This document shows, piece after piece, positions 40,046-49,789 of a stretch of DNA of 64,000 nucleotides. The stretch comes from Gemmatimonadaceae bacterium (GTDB taxonomy: Bacteria > Gemmatimonadota > Gemmatimonadetes > Gemmatimonadales > Gemmatimonadaceae): the NCBI GenBank assembly GCA_051859245.1, contig JBHYGA010000004.1, positions 996,030-1,060,029 of the forward strand. Reading direction: 5' to 3'. Made by a program: the position numbers and the translations under genes. Positions within the stretch are counted from its first letter, which is position 1. Every line of letters starts with the position of its first letter. Under the pieces are notes generated by a model, which saw nothing but the letters and a program-made list of their open reading frames with translations, had not been told where the DNA came from and made no database searches.

Positions 40046-40070
40046 TCATTCGTACTTGTAGTCATTCGTA
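40039..40070 (+). repeat. Perfect 16-bp tandem duplication CTTGTAGTCATTCGTA x2
   Basis: Read directly; includes the stop codon of the groES-like gene. Confidence 0.9.
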
Positions 40071-40133
40071 TTTGATGTCGGCGTGCGGAGTAGCGTCGCT
40101 TACTTTTTCTGGACCTTTCTCGGAGTGTATGTG

Positions 40134-40571
40134 ATGATGTATCCAGAGCAGATTGTCTCGCCCATGCGCGAAGAGCTCACCCGGCTTGGTGTTGAAGAGT
40201 TGCGCACGGCAGACGCGGTGCGTGAGAAACTCTCGCCGGCGAGCGGCACGCAGTTGGTGGTTGTGAACAGTGTGTGCGGTTGTGCAGCGCGCAACGCGCG
40301 TCCGGCCGTGGCAATGGCGCTTGAGTCGACAACGCGACCAGATGGTTTGTACACGGTGTTTGCCGGCCAGGACACGGAAGCCACGCAGGTGGCGCGTGGT
40401 TACTTCACGGGTTACGCACCGAGTTCGCCGAGCATTGCGTTGCTGAAAGATGGCGACGTGGCGTTTATGCTCGAGCGTTGGCAGATCGAAGGGCGTACTG
40501 CGCAGGAAATCGCGGCTGATCTCAAGGGCGCGTTTGAATCGTTCTGCACGCCGGCTACGAGTGCGGCGTAG
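40134..40571 (+). CDS. BrxA/BrxB family bacilliredoxin
   Basis: MYPE..VSPMREEL, NSVCGCAA (CGC), TVFAGQD, PSSPS. Confidence 0.93.
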   Translation: MMYPEQIVSPMREELTRLGVEELRTADAVREKLSPASGTQLVVVNSVCGCAARNARPAVAMALESTTRPDGLYTVFAGQDTEATQVARGYFTGYAPSSPSIALLKDGDVAFMLERWQIEGRTAQEIAADLKGAFESFCTPATSAA

Positions 40572-40592
40572 TTCGCGCTGCACGATGTTCGC

Positions 40593-40883
40593 GTGACTGG
40601 ACCACGACATATCAGAGTCGTAGCACGAGTGGCCGCGGTGACTGGATCAGTCATCGCGGCTGTTGCGTTGTGGTGGATGTTCGCCGGATTGCCGCGCCCG
40701 GTTGCAACCGTGCTTGCCGATTCGGAATGGGAGCCGTGTATCGAGCGCTATGCGGGCGCGAGTTCGGCGCGGGATACGCAGCGAGTGGACGCGTGGGTGC
40801 TCAAGCCGCGTTCACGATTCAGCCGCGCCGTAACGTGTGGCGGCCTCAGGAAGGCCCGCACCGCCGCGTCCCCGAGCCAGTAA
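40593..40883 (+). CDS. Small hypothetical membrane-anchored protein
   Basis: N-terminal TM, paired Cys in exported part. Confidence 0.5.
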   Translation: MTGPRHIRVVARVAAVTGSVIAAVALWWMFAGLPRPVATVLADSEWEPCIERYAGASSARDTQRVDAWVLKPRSRFSRAVTCGGLRKARTAASPSQ

Positions 40884-41306
40884 TAACTGGCGCTTTTGTG
40901 TCGTAATGGCGACACAGTGGCAAGGGTGCATCAGAAGTGCGCTCGGGATGGGATAACACTCGGTTGGAATGACCGAGCGGCCTCGAGCGTTTCTGGCCCG
41001 AGAAAATTCTGACCGATCGTTCGGTGCGAAAGCGTTGCGTTTTAGGCAATTGTGATGCAAGATACCGGCAATGTGTGTTGCGGCAGTGCAACAGAAGAGC
41101 CTGCCATGTCTTGGTAACAGCGGCGCGCAAGTGATCGAATTGCAGATATTCTTACGGCGAGCTCGACCATTTTCCAGTTCCATGTAAATCGATGATTCGC
41201 AGCGGCTTGTGTCGCGTTATTGGGCTGTTTTTCGTCCCAGGTTTGACGAGATCCGATTGCCGTTTTGACGTCGTACAAGCGCTGGGAAGTGTGAGCTGAA
41301 ATACAG

Positions 41307-41321
41307 TGGCTTGGCGCTTGC
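41307..41321 (+). promoter_or_regulatory. Putative sigma54 (-24/-12) promoter of the flp pilin gene
   Basis: TGGCTTGGCGCTTGC = GG-N10-GC with TTGC, ~125 bp upstream of the pilin ATG. Confidence 0.6.
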
Positions 41322-41444
41322 CAGTTGGTAGGGATCGAGAGTGTGGCCGTGTCAGGCCGTTACCTCGGGGCCGGCCCGATCATCCATTGTGTGACGGACA
41401 GTACCGGCGCTCACGCGGTTCAACTTTTAAGTGTGGAGACAGTC

Positions 41445-41621
41445 ATGTCCAAGGTTTCGAGCATGTTCCGCCGTTTCGTGAAGGAAGAGTCGGGCGCTAC
41501 GATGGTTGAGTATGGCGTGATGGTTGCCGTGATCGCCGCCGTGTCAATCGTGGTTGTTCGCTCCATCGGTAACAAGACGAACAACGCGTTCTCCGCCGTT
41601 GACAGCGCACTCACGCCGTGA
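41445..41621 (+). CDS. flp: Flp family type IVb/IVc major pilin
   Basis: GGAG RBS; FVKEESG|ATMVEY cleavage motif and hydrophobic helix, 58 aa. Confidence 0.95.
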   Translation: MSKVSSMFRRFVKEESGATMVEYGVMVAVIAAVSIVVVRSIGNKTNNAFSAVDSALTP

Positions 41622-41658
41622 TTCTTCCCGGTCGACTTTCTCCTCAGCGATCTTAAGG

Positions 41659-41877
41659 ATGACCGACGACATCGGCGCCCAGGATCGTTGTGTGAGAGGC
41701 TCGTCGAGCATGGGCGCGCGCCATGGTGCGCGCCCATCTCGTCGGGGAGCGACCTCCGTTGAGTATGCCCTAATGGTCGCACTGCTGGCGGCCATTTGTA
41801 TCCTATCCGTTCGAGCGCTTGGACTGAAGACGAACAACGCCTTCGAGCGTACCGATTCGTCTCTCACTCCGCCTTGA
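41659..41877 (+). CDS. Second Flp family pilin
   Basis: RRG|ATSVEY motif, C-terminus paralogous to pilin 1; start 41659 or 41710. Confidence 0.8.
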   Translation: MTDDIGAQDRCVRGSSSMGARHGARPSRRGATSVEYALMVALLAAICILSVRALGLKTNNAFERTDSSLTPP

Positions 41878-41885
41878 GGCTTGGG

Positions 41886-42431
41886 GTGTTGTCGCACGTT
41901 TTGTTTTTCGTGTTTATGGCGTGTCTAGTTGGGGGCGTGTATTCAGATGTCACTGCTCGTCGTGTCGGCAATGGGCTAGTTGCTGGAATCCTCGTGCTCG
42001 GGCTCATCGCGGCGTTCATCGGCCAAGTATCTCTAGCCGCTTCTCTACTGTCCGCAGTGCTCGGTGCACTGCTCGGACTTGCCCTTTGGTTGCCATTCTG
42101 GCTGGCGGGTTTGCTCGGTGCTGGCGACGTAAAGTTTTTCGCGGCGGGTTCTGCGTGGTTGGGCCCCGCACTCACCTGGCGGGCCGCGATTGTTGCGGCG
42201 CTGCTTGGCGGCGTGCTCAGTCTGGTGGTGATTGCGCGACGAAGCGGTCTACGTGGCGCGACAGAAATGGTGGCGGTCCAAACCGCGCAGGCGCGGTCGA
42301 TCATTGCGAATGCCGATATCGCCGGATCGGACGCGGCGAGTCGGACGTTCCCGTATGCGTTACCGATGGCGCTGGCAATCGCGTTAGCGGCCCTCGTGCC
42401 GTCTCGAGTTCTTGATTTCCTGGCTCCCTGA
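41886..42431 (+). CDS. cpaA: A24 prepilin peptidase
   Basis: SD..RR.GN and GAGDVK aspartate motifs, FPYA; start approximate. Confidence 0.92.
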   Translation: MLSHVLFFVFMACLVGGVYSDVTARRVGNGLVAGILVLGLIAAFIGQVSLAASLLSAVLGALLGLALWLPFWLAGLLGAGDVKFFAAGSAWLGPALTWRAAIVAALLGGVLSLVVIARRSGLRGATEMVAVQTAQARSIIANADIAGSDAASRTFPYALPMALAIALAALVPSRVLDFLAP

Positions 42432-42433
42432 CT

Positions 42434-42871
42434 ATGCGTTTCGTCGTTTCGATTTTGCGAAGGTTTTCTCGAGATGAACGCGCGGCCTCTATGGTCGAGT
42501 TTGCGATTGTGGTACCGCTGCTTTTGCTTCTCGTTTTCGGGATCATCGATTTTGGCCGTGTGTTTTTCGATCTCAACAACTTGACCAACGTTGCGCGCGA
42601 CGGGGCTCGTACGGGAGCGGTGTTGGCGACGGTGAACAACGCGGATCTCGATCGCGTTCGAGATTCGGTGATCGCTCGTTTCAATCGAAACAACATCAAG
42701 AATTCGGCTCTCACGACTTCGATGGTCACGGTAAGTGCCCAAGGCACATCGCCGAATCGTACCATCCGGGTCGTGATTAGTGGCTATCCTCTCAATCCGA
42801 TCGTCCCCTTAGGGCCGCTCACTGGACCGCTACGCGATGTACGGGCTGAGTTTCGACACGAATTTCAATGA
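42434..42871 (+). CDS. tadE: TadE-like pseudopilin
   Basis: ASMVEFAIVVP...GIIDFG...ARDGAR. Confidence 0.9.
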   Translation: MRFVVSILRRFSRDERAASMVEFAIVVPLLLLLVFGIIDFGRVFFDLNNLTNVARDGARTGAVLATVNNADLDRVRDSVIARFNRNNIKNSALTTSMVTVSAQGTSPNRTIRVVISGYPLNPIVPLGPLTGPLRDVRAEFRHEFQ

Positions 42872-42904
42872 TGGCACCCTTTTTCTCTTGGGTCGGAGCT
42901 GGTA

Positions 42905-43831
42905 ATGGGTGATCGACGTTTTGGTTTCGTTCTGTTGCTTGCAATCGCCGTCGCTGGTGCGTCGGCTTTTGGCGTGTACCGCATGTTGCAACAGGCGCAG
43001 GCAGAGGCAAAAGTGCCGACGCTGCCTGTCGTCGTCGCCGCGAACGATATTTCGGACGGCCAACTTGTGAGCGCGACGGATGTGAACGTGGTTGAGCTGC
43101 CGGTGAGCGCAGTTCCTCCCGGCTCGTTTCGTACCACCGATTCTGTGATCGGTCGCGTCTCACGGCTGCCGATTTTCACGGGCGAGGCATTCGTGCCCGG
43201 TCGGCTGGCGCCTGTTGGAACCGGTGCCGGACTGGAAGTGAAAATCACGCCGGGCAAGCGCGCCATGGCAGTCAAGATCGACGAGGTTGCGGGACTCTCT
43301 GGCTTGATTCAACCCAACAGCCGAGTTGATGTGCTGCTCACGATCAACGATGGAAGTGAGGGAGCGCAGCAGCGTGCCAAGCTGATCATGAGCAACATGC
43401 GAGTCCTCTCTGTGGGCTCGCAGGTTGAGCGTGGCCCTGATGGCAGGCCAATGAACGCCACCACAGCTGCTCTGGAAGTCACGCCGATTGAATCCGAAGA
43501 ACTGGCGGTCGCGGCGAATCAGGGCAAGATCCAGCTCGTGCTTCGCGGCTATGGCGATCCCGATACAGTTGATACAGATGGTGCGACCGTACGTCAGGTG
43601 ATGGGCGGTCGGGCTTCCGCAGCACCCACTCCCGCACCGGCCAACACGCGTTCCACGCGTCCCGCCGCCCCTGTGGTTCAGCCAGCACCGGTAGTGCCCC
43701 CTGCGCCCGTTGTGCAGCAGCCCAAACGGCCGGATTCGGCGGTTGTGCAAGTGTATCGAAGAAGCGCCGTCACGCAGCAGAAGCTTGAGAAGCGCGACTC
43801 TACCAAACCGCCTGACACGCTGCCTCGCTAA
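42905..43831 (+). CDS. cpaB: Flp pilus assembly protein CpaB/RcpC
   Basis: SAF domain VVVAANDI, PGKRAMAV, RVDVL. Confidence 0.95.
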   Translation: MGDRRFGFVLLLAIAVAGASAFGVYRMLQQAQAEAKVPTLPVVVAANDISDGQLVSATDVNVVELPVSAVPPGSFRTTDSVIGRVSRLPIFTGEAFVPGRLAPVGTGAGLEVKITPGKRAMAVKIDEVAGLSGLIQPNSRVDVLLTINDGSEGAQQRAKLIMSNMRVLSVGSQVERGPDGRPMNATTAALEVTPIESEELAVAANQGKIQLVLRGYGDPDTVDTDGATVRQVMGGRASAAPTPAPANTRSTRPAAPVVQPAPVVPPAPVVQQPKRPDSAVVQVYRRSAVTQQKLEKRDSTKPPDTLPR

Positions 43832-43895
43832 TCGCATGTCCCTCCGCAGAGGCCGCACCAACTGTGGCTTCGCTACGTCTCCCGCCCGTCACTCC

Positions 43896-45074
43896 ATGCG
43901 CTCCATCAACCAGTCTTTGTTCGATCGGCGTACTACGTATTCTCTCGGGTTCGCGCTGTTATTCGCCGTGTCGTTGCCAGTTGGCGCGCGTGCGCAGGAA
44001 ACGGCCGTACCTGTCGTGAACATTGACCTGATTGCTGGCCGATCATTGCCAATAACGGGCGGGGCTGCGATTTCGAAGGTGACGGTGGCGAATCCGGATG
44101 TCGCCGATGTCGTTGTAATCAGCGAGACTGAGGTGGTCATCAATGCGATTGCTACCGGCGAGACAGATGTGATTTTGTGGGGCACAGGCGTACCGCGGCG
44201 CCACTATCGCGTCTCCGTTCGCTCTTCGCCTGAACGTCGACAGATCCTGCTCGGCGTCAAGTTCGCGGAAGTGCGAAAAGACGCCCTGCGCAACATCTCG
44301 ACTTCGCTTCGCTACCGTGAGGCTAACGGCAACACGCGGGTCGGTGGCGGTGAATTCCGGACGGACAATGGCTTCGATGAAGATGGCAACGTCCTGTTGA
44401 ATGCCGCGCGGTATCTGACGGTGCTGTCAACCTTTAATACAAACGAACTGCTCGGACTGCTGGATGCTGAGGAGCAGCGCGGAAATGCGCGTTTCCTGGC
44501 CGAGCCAAATCTTATGGCGGCCAATCTCGAGGAAGCTTCCTTCCTCGCCGGTGGCGAGTTTCCGATCCCGATCGTTCAGGGCGGCGTTGCTGGTCAAGCG
44601 GCGGCCGTCATGATCCAGTTTCGCGAGTTCGGCATTCGCCTGACTTTTAAAGGCGAGGTGCTGACCGACTCGCTGCTCAAGCTGACCGTCAAACCAGAAG
44701 TGTCGTCGCTTGACTACGGCAATGCGATCACCATCTCCGGCTTCCAGATCCCAGCGCTTCGCACGAGACGTGTCCAGAGTACCGTGGACGTTCTGACAAA
44801 TCGCAGCCTGATCATCTCCGGTCTGTTCAATGAAGAGCGCGAGCGAGTGAAAACGGGAATTCCGTTTCTCGTCAACATTCCAATCATTGGCGATCTCCTG
44901 TCGAGCCAGCGTTGGGTGAACAACGAAAGCGAGTTGATCGTGGTGGTCACGCCAATTCTCATGGATCCAAACAACCCTCGCGCGACGGATCTGATTCGTT
45001 TTGTTCCGGATACGACGCTTCCCGCCCGTCCGGCACTCGAAAAGCGATTGCCCATCCCACCAGGGACGCCGTAA
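43896..45074 (+). CDS. cpaC: Tad pilus secretin CpaC/RcpA
   Basis: Signal peptide, VANPDVADV N-domain, LAEPNL, FLAGGEFPIP, ELIVVVTP. Confidence 0.93.
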   Translation: MRSINQSLFDRRTTYSLGFALLFAVSLPVGARAQETAVPVVNIDLIAGRSLPITGGAAISKVTVANPDVADVVVISETEVVINAIATGETDVILWGTGVPRRHYRVSVRSSPERRQILLGVKFAEVRKDALRNISTSLRYREANGNTRVGGGEFRTDNGFDEDGNVLLNAARYLTVLSTFNTNELLGLLDAEEQRGNARFLAEPNLMAANLEEASFLAGGEFPIPIVQGGVAGQAAAVMIQFREFGIRLTFKGEVLTDSLLKLTVKPEVSSLDYGNAITISGFQIPALRTRRVQSTVDVLTNRSLIISGLFNEERERVKTGIPFLVNIPIIGDLLSSQRWVNNESELIVVVTPILMDPNNPRATDLIRFVPDTTLPARPALEKRLPIPPGTP

Positions 45075-45122
45075 AGGTTACCGACTTTGATTCGATTCAT
45101 TTTCTCGATTCTTCAACGCTAA

Positions 45123-46340
45123 ATGAGCTCGTCTTCAGCTGCTTCGTCACGACCCACCGCAATCGCCGTACACGGCATCGGCGCCACCGAGGACCTGCTC
45201 AATGAGGTCCTCGGTGGTCGTGGTTTCGCGCCCGTGCAAATGGTGGGTTCGATTGGCGAGCTGACGGCTCAACTCCGCACTAGAAATCCAACGCTCGTGA
45301 TGGTGCCGGTGCCGGTGGGTGGCGCAGGCAACGAGTTTTCGTTGTTCGAGAACGAATTGCGGCGCCATCCAGGTGTTGCCGCGATCGGAGTTGCGCCAAG
45401 CAAGGATGCGGATACCGTTATCGCCGCCATGCGCGCAGGCGTGCTCGAGTTTCTCGTTGCGCCGGTAGACCCATCGGAACTCGCGACGGCAGCGCAACGA
45501 GTGTTGTCGAATGTCACCGCGCCGCTAGATCGTGGTCGCATTTACACGGTCTACTCAGCCAAGGGTGGATTGGGCACCACCACGCTCGCGACATCACTAG
45601 CGTGGTCGCTGGCGCACCGGGGTGGCTTACCTCGGGTGGCATTGGTCGACTTTACAACCACTGGCGCCGGGCTGCGGGTCATGCTTGATCTGCAACCGCT
45701 TTATGACCTGGGAAGCGTAGCAAATCGTGCGGCCAAACTCGACACGGACTTTCTCGCTTCGTGCCTCGTCAAACACAGCGAAGGCGTGTACGTGTTGGCA
45801 GCCGCTGAAGAGCTCGATGCAGTGGACCCTCTCGACGTGGCGACCGCCGGGCGCGTGCTCGAACTGCTTCGCGCGCAGTTCGACTTCGTGGTGGTCGATA
45901 CAGATCATCATTTTGCAGATCAGACATTGGCCGCGCTTGACGCTGCCGATCGAATCGTCCTTGTAACGCAGGCTGATGTCTCGGCGCTTCGCAGCTCGCA
46001 GCGGACTTTGGGAGTGTTCACCCGTCTCGGATACATGGGTGAAAAGATGGTGATCGTCATTAACCGTCGCACTGAGCGTGACCGTATTTCTGTCGCGGAT
46101 GCGGAGCGCGTTCTCGGCCTGCGTGCAGACAGTCGTTTGCCGAACGACTATGCCAGCTGCGCTGATGCGATTACCTACGGTCGGTTTTTGCAGCAGCAGG
46201 CGCCGTCGTCTCCACTCGTTTCAGCAGTGGACAGATTGGCGGCCGTGCTTGCCGGTGACAAATCCGCGGAATCGGTCACGAGCAATGGAAACGGACAGCA
46301 CGGTGGGTCGCGTCTCTCTCGTTTGTTCGGTCGAAAGTAG
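45123..46340 (+). CDS. cpaE: CpaE/TadZ pilus localisation ATPase
   Basis: Degenerate receiver domain (AMRAGVLEFL) plus deviant Walker A KGGLGTTT. Confidence 0.92.
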   Translation: MSSSSAASSRPTAIAVHGIGATEDLLNEVLGGRGFAPVQMVGSIGELTAQLRTRNPTLVMVPVPVGGAGNEFSLFENELRRHPGVAAIGVAPSKDADTVIAAMRAGVLEFLVAPVDPSELATAAQRVLSNVTAPLDRGRIYTVYSAKGGLGTTTLATSLAWSLAHRGGLPRVALVDFTTTGAGLRVMLDLQPLYDLGSVANRAAKLDTDFLASCLVKHSEGVYVLAAAEELDAVDPLDVATAGRVLELLRAQFDFVVVDTDHHFADQTLAALDAADRIVLVTQADVSALRSSQRTLGVFTRLGYMGEKMVIVINRRTERDRISVADAERVLGLRADSRLPNDYASCADAITYGRFLQQQAPSSPLVSAVDRLAAVLAGDKSAESVTSNGNGQHGGSRLSRLFGRK

Positions 46341-46376
46341 ACCGCCGTACCGGCCACACCTCCTACCGGCTTCAGC

Positions 46377-47834
46377 ATGTCCAAGTCACTTCGTGAGCGG
46401 TTAACACAGCAGTTTCGCACGGTGCAGCCTGATGGCACGCCGGCGATCGAAGCTGGCGATGGTACGGCACCCTTAAGCCCCGCACTCGCCTCGGCAACAT
46501 CGCCGTCCAGCAACGGGGCCTCCGGCATGTTCAGCGCGCGCCGCGGCATCGAAGCCGCGGCGCTGAGCCCGGTGGAGGAGTTGAAGCGAACGATTCACAG
46601 AAAGCTTATCGAACGGTTGGATCTGGAAGCGCTTGAGGCCATCACGGACGAGAAGGTGATCGCCGGACAGATCCGAACTGCTGTCGCCGAGTTGCTGCGC
46701 GGCGAGACGACACCACTTTCTCAGTCCGAGCGCGAAGAGCTTGTGGAACAAGTTGTCTACGAAGTGATTGGTCTTGGTCCGATCGAGCCGCTCTTTCGCG
46801 ATCGCACTGTTAGCGACATCCTCGTGAATGGTCCGCGCGACATTTACGTCGAGCGCGGTGGCAAACTGCAGCGTGTCGTGACGCATTTTCGGAACGAAGC
46901 GCATTTGCTGGCCGTGATCGACCGCATAGTAAGCCGAGTTGGGCGACGCGTTGACGAATCATCTCCGATGGTGGATGCGCGACTACCAGATGGCTCTCGT
47001 GTCAACGCGATCATCAAGCCACTCGCCGTTGACGCGCCGATTCTATCCATTCGTCGTTTTGGGGCCGAGCTCAACGCTAACAAGCTCGTAGAGCTTGGCG
47101 CGCTCACGGATGAAATGTTGTATTTGCTGAGCGGATGCGTGAAAGCACGATTGAACATCCTGGTTTCCGGAGGCACCGGATCCGGAAAAACCACGATGCT
47201 CAATGCGCTAAGCTCGTTCATTCCGAGTACCGAGCGTGTCATTACCATCGAAGACGCCGCCGAACTTCGCCTGCAGCAAGAACATGTGGTTCGTTTGGAA
47301 ACGCGTCCACCCAACGCAGAAGGGCGCGGCGAGGTAGTGATGCGCGATCTGGTGAAGAACGCGCTACGTATGCGCCCTGATCGAATCATTGTTGGTGAAG
47401 TACGCGCAGGCGAAGCACTCGACATGTTGCAGGCAATGAACACCGGTCACGAAGGATCCCTGACGACGGTGCATGCCAACACGCCTCGTGATGCCATTTC
47501 GCGACTGGAAACGATGATTCTGTTCTCTGGCACGAACCTGCCAGATCGCGCGATGCGCGAGCAGATATCGTCGGCGTTGGACGTAATCATTCAGGTGAGC
47601 CGCCTGTCAGATGGAACGCGCCGCGTTACCAGCGTTGCCGAAGTGACTGGCATGGAAGGCGACGTTGTCCAGATGCAGGAAATCTATCGGTTTCGAAAGA
47701 GCGGCATTTCAGCTGAGGGGAAAGTCATTGGCGTGTTCGAGGCAACGGGCGTTCGCCCCCGTTTCGCCGAACGCTTGAAGATTGCGGGTATTGAACTGCC
47801 GGCGCGACTCTTTCTTGACGCCAAGGGAGGCTGA
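46377..47834 (+). CDS. cpaF: CpaF/TadA pilus assembly ATPase
   Basis: [36 protein letters not shown]. Confidence 0.97.
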   Translation: MSKSLRERLTQQFRTVQPDGTPAIEAGDGTAPLSPALASATSPSSNGASGMFSARRGIEAAALSPVEELKRTIHRKLIERLDLEALEAITDEKVIAGQIRTAVAELLRGETTPLSQSEREELVEQVVYEVIGLGPIEPLFRDRTVSDILVNGPRDIYVERGGKLQRVVTHFRNEAHLLAVIDRIVSRVGRRVDESSPMVDARLPDGSRVNAIIKPLAVDAPILSIRRFGAELNANKLVELGALTDEMLYLLSGCVKARLNILVSGGTGSGKTTMLNALSSFIPSTERVITIEDAAELRLQQEHVVRLETRPPNAEGRGEVVMRDLVKNALRMRPDRIIVGEVRAGEALDMLQAMNTGHEGSLTTVHANTPRDAISRLETMILFSGTNLPDRAMREQISSALDVIIQVSRLSDGTRRVTSVAEVTGMEGDVVQMQEIYRFRKSGISAEGKVIGVFEATGVRPRFAERLKIAGIELPARLFLDAKGG

Positions 47835-47839
47835 GGCGC

Positions 47840-48805
47840 GTGTTTGGAAATCCGCTCTACATTGCGATCGCGACCGCAGTCAGTTCGCTGCTGCTGATCC
47901 TTGGTTTGTACTTCTATTTCAACCGCCAGCGCATTGCGCGCGAGCGGTCGTTGCGCGAGCGCCTGGGAGAGCTGGCTGGTCTGAGCCGCACCACCGACTC
48001 GGTGGCGATTCTTCGTGATACGGAGTCTAGCAACAGTATTCTTGACGCTGTGCTCGAAGGACGCTCCTTTGTCGCAAAGCTCGAAGCGTCCACTGCACAG
48101 AGTGGCCTGGGTTGGAGTGCCGGCGAGTTCGCAGGATTCGTGCTGCTTGGCATGATGGCCGGTGTGCTCGCGTCATTCGTCGTGGACCCGCTGTTGGCGC
48201 TGCTTGTCGGCGCGCTCGGAATGGCCACGCCTTTCGTCATCGTTGCCCGCAGCAAGGCAAAACGCGAGAAGGCTATTGAAGAGCAGCTACCGGAAGCAGT
48301 GGATATGCTCGTGAACTCGCTTCGTGCCGGATATTCACTGCAAGCGGGAATGAGTTTCGTCGGGACTGAGCTTCCGTACCCGCTGGGTCCCGAGTTTGTG
48401 CGATTCTACGACGAACAGCGGCTGGGCATTGATACGCGTCAGGCGCTCGACAATCTGCAAGGCCGACTTGGAACGCTCGACGCACGCATGTTCGTGTTGG
48501 CGATCCTCATCCAGCGGGAAACCGGCGGCAATCTTTCCGAGATTCTGGGAAACATATCCACCGTTATTCGGGACCGCATCAATTTTCGTGGTCAGGTGGA
48601 TGTGCTGACCGCAGAGTCGAAGCTTTCGGCTGTTGTGCTCGCAGCGATTCCGATTGGAATGTTCTTTTTCATCCGGTTTGTCAGCCCTGACTACGCCGCA
48701 CAGTTGACTGACACCGAGTTCGGCCAGTCACTCATTCTGTATGGTGTGGTGTCTCTGGTCATCGGCTTCTTCTGGCTGCGCCGAGTGGCGCACATCGAGG
48801 TGTAG
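47840..48805 (+). CDS. tadB: TadB platform protein
   Basis: QLPEAVD, LRAGYS, QRETGGNL. Confidence 0.93.
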   Translation: MFGNPLYIAIATAVSSLLLILGLYFYFNRQRIARERSLRERLGELAGLSRTTDSVAILRDTESSNSILDAVLEGRSFVAKLEASTAQSGLGWSAGEFAGFVLLGMMAGVLASFVVDPLLALLVGALGMATPFVIVARSKAKREKAIEEQLPEAVDMLVNSLRAGYSLQAGMSFVGTELPYPLGPEFVRFYDEQRLGIDTRQALDNLQGRLGTLDARMFVLAILIQRETGGNLSEILGNISTVIRDRINFRGQVDVLTAESKLSAVVLAAIPIGMFFFIRFVSPDYAAQLTDTEFGQSLILYGVVSLVIGFFWLRRVAHIEV

Positions 48806-48808
48806 CCG

Positions 48809-49732
48809 ATGCCGACGCAATTGTTCGGGTTGCCGATTCCGCTGCTCTTGGCAATTGCCGCGTGCGCCGCGGCGATTGGTGTCGCGGCCATTGCAATCCT
48901 CGGCGAGCGCGAACGTCGTTCGGTGCTACGCCGAGCGACAGGTGGTCTCGAACTCCCAAGCGCTGTTCGCAACGAAGAGCGCCGCTTCAGTACCCAGCTT
49001 GTCGACTGGCTTGCGGCTCGTGTTCCGGCGAACGTAGGAAGCGGCACGCAGAGCACCAGTCAGCTGGTTCAAGCCGGCTTTGACAGTGAAATTGCGCCTG
49101 CGGTCTTCGGTCTCGTGCGCATCGTGAGCGTCGTTGTTTTCCCGCTTGCTGGACTGGCCGTCGCGCCTCGCGACGACGCCGTCTATTTCGGTGCAACGGT
49201 TGGCATTGCAGCAATGTTTGGCCTCTTGCTTCCGAAGGCGGCGCTTGATCGACTCACGACGCAGCGACAGGACAAGATTCGCAAGGGCATTCCGGACGCG
49301 CTCGATTTGCTCGTCGTGTGCGTTGAGGCTGGCGTGGCCCTAGATGCTGCAGTGCAGCGCGTTGCACGAGAACTGAAGCTCGTACATCCGCTGTTGGCCG
49401 GAGAACTTGTGGCCATGAGCCGGCGTATATCTGCAGGTATGGCACGTGAGCAGGCAATGCAGGGTTTGTATCTTCGTACCGGTGTTGATGAACTTCGAGG
49501 ACTCTCGTCGCACATGGTGCAGAGCGAGAAATGGGGAACGTCGATCGTCACGGTACTGCGGGTCTACTCCGACCAGCTGCGCCGTAAGCGCAAGATGGCT
49601 GCTGAGCGCCGAGCTGCTACGGCCTCAACGCGAATGTTGCTTCCGCTCGCAGTGTTCATTTTCCCAACGATCTTTGTAGTGCTGCTCGGACCGGCAATGA
49701 TGCGAATCATTGCAATGTTTGCACAAATGTAG
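48809..49732 (+). CDS. tadC: TadC platform protein
   Basis: PDALDLLVVCVEAG, PLAVFIFPTIFVVLLGP. Confidence 0.93.
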   Translation: MPTQLFGLPIPLLLAIAACAAAIGVAAIAILGERERRSVLRRATGGLELPSAVRNEERRFSTQLVDWLAARVPANVGSGTQSTSQLVQAGFDSEIAPAVFGLVRIVSVVVFPLAGLAVAPRDDAVYFGATVGIAAMFGLLLPKAALDRLTTQRQDKIRKGIPDALDLLVVCVEAGVALDAAVQRVARELKLVHPLLAGELVAMSRRISAGMAREQAMQGLYLRTGVDELRGLSSHMVQSEKWGTSIVTVLRVYSDQLRRKRKMAAERRAATASTRMLLPLAVFIFPTIFVVLLGPAMMRIIAMFAQM

Positions 49733-49789
49733 TGTTCGCGTTCGAGAAAGTTGTTTCGATATACGTACCGCCGAGGCGGGAGGCTGAAA

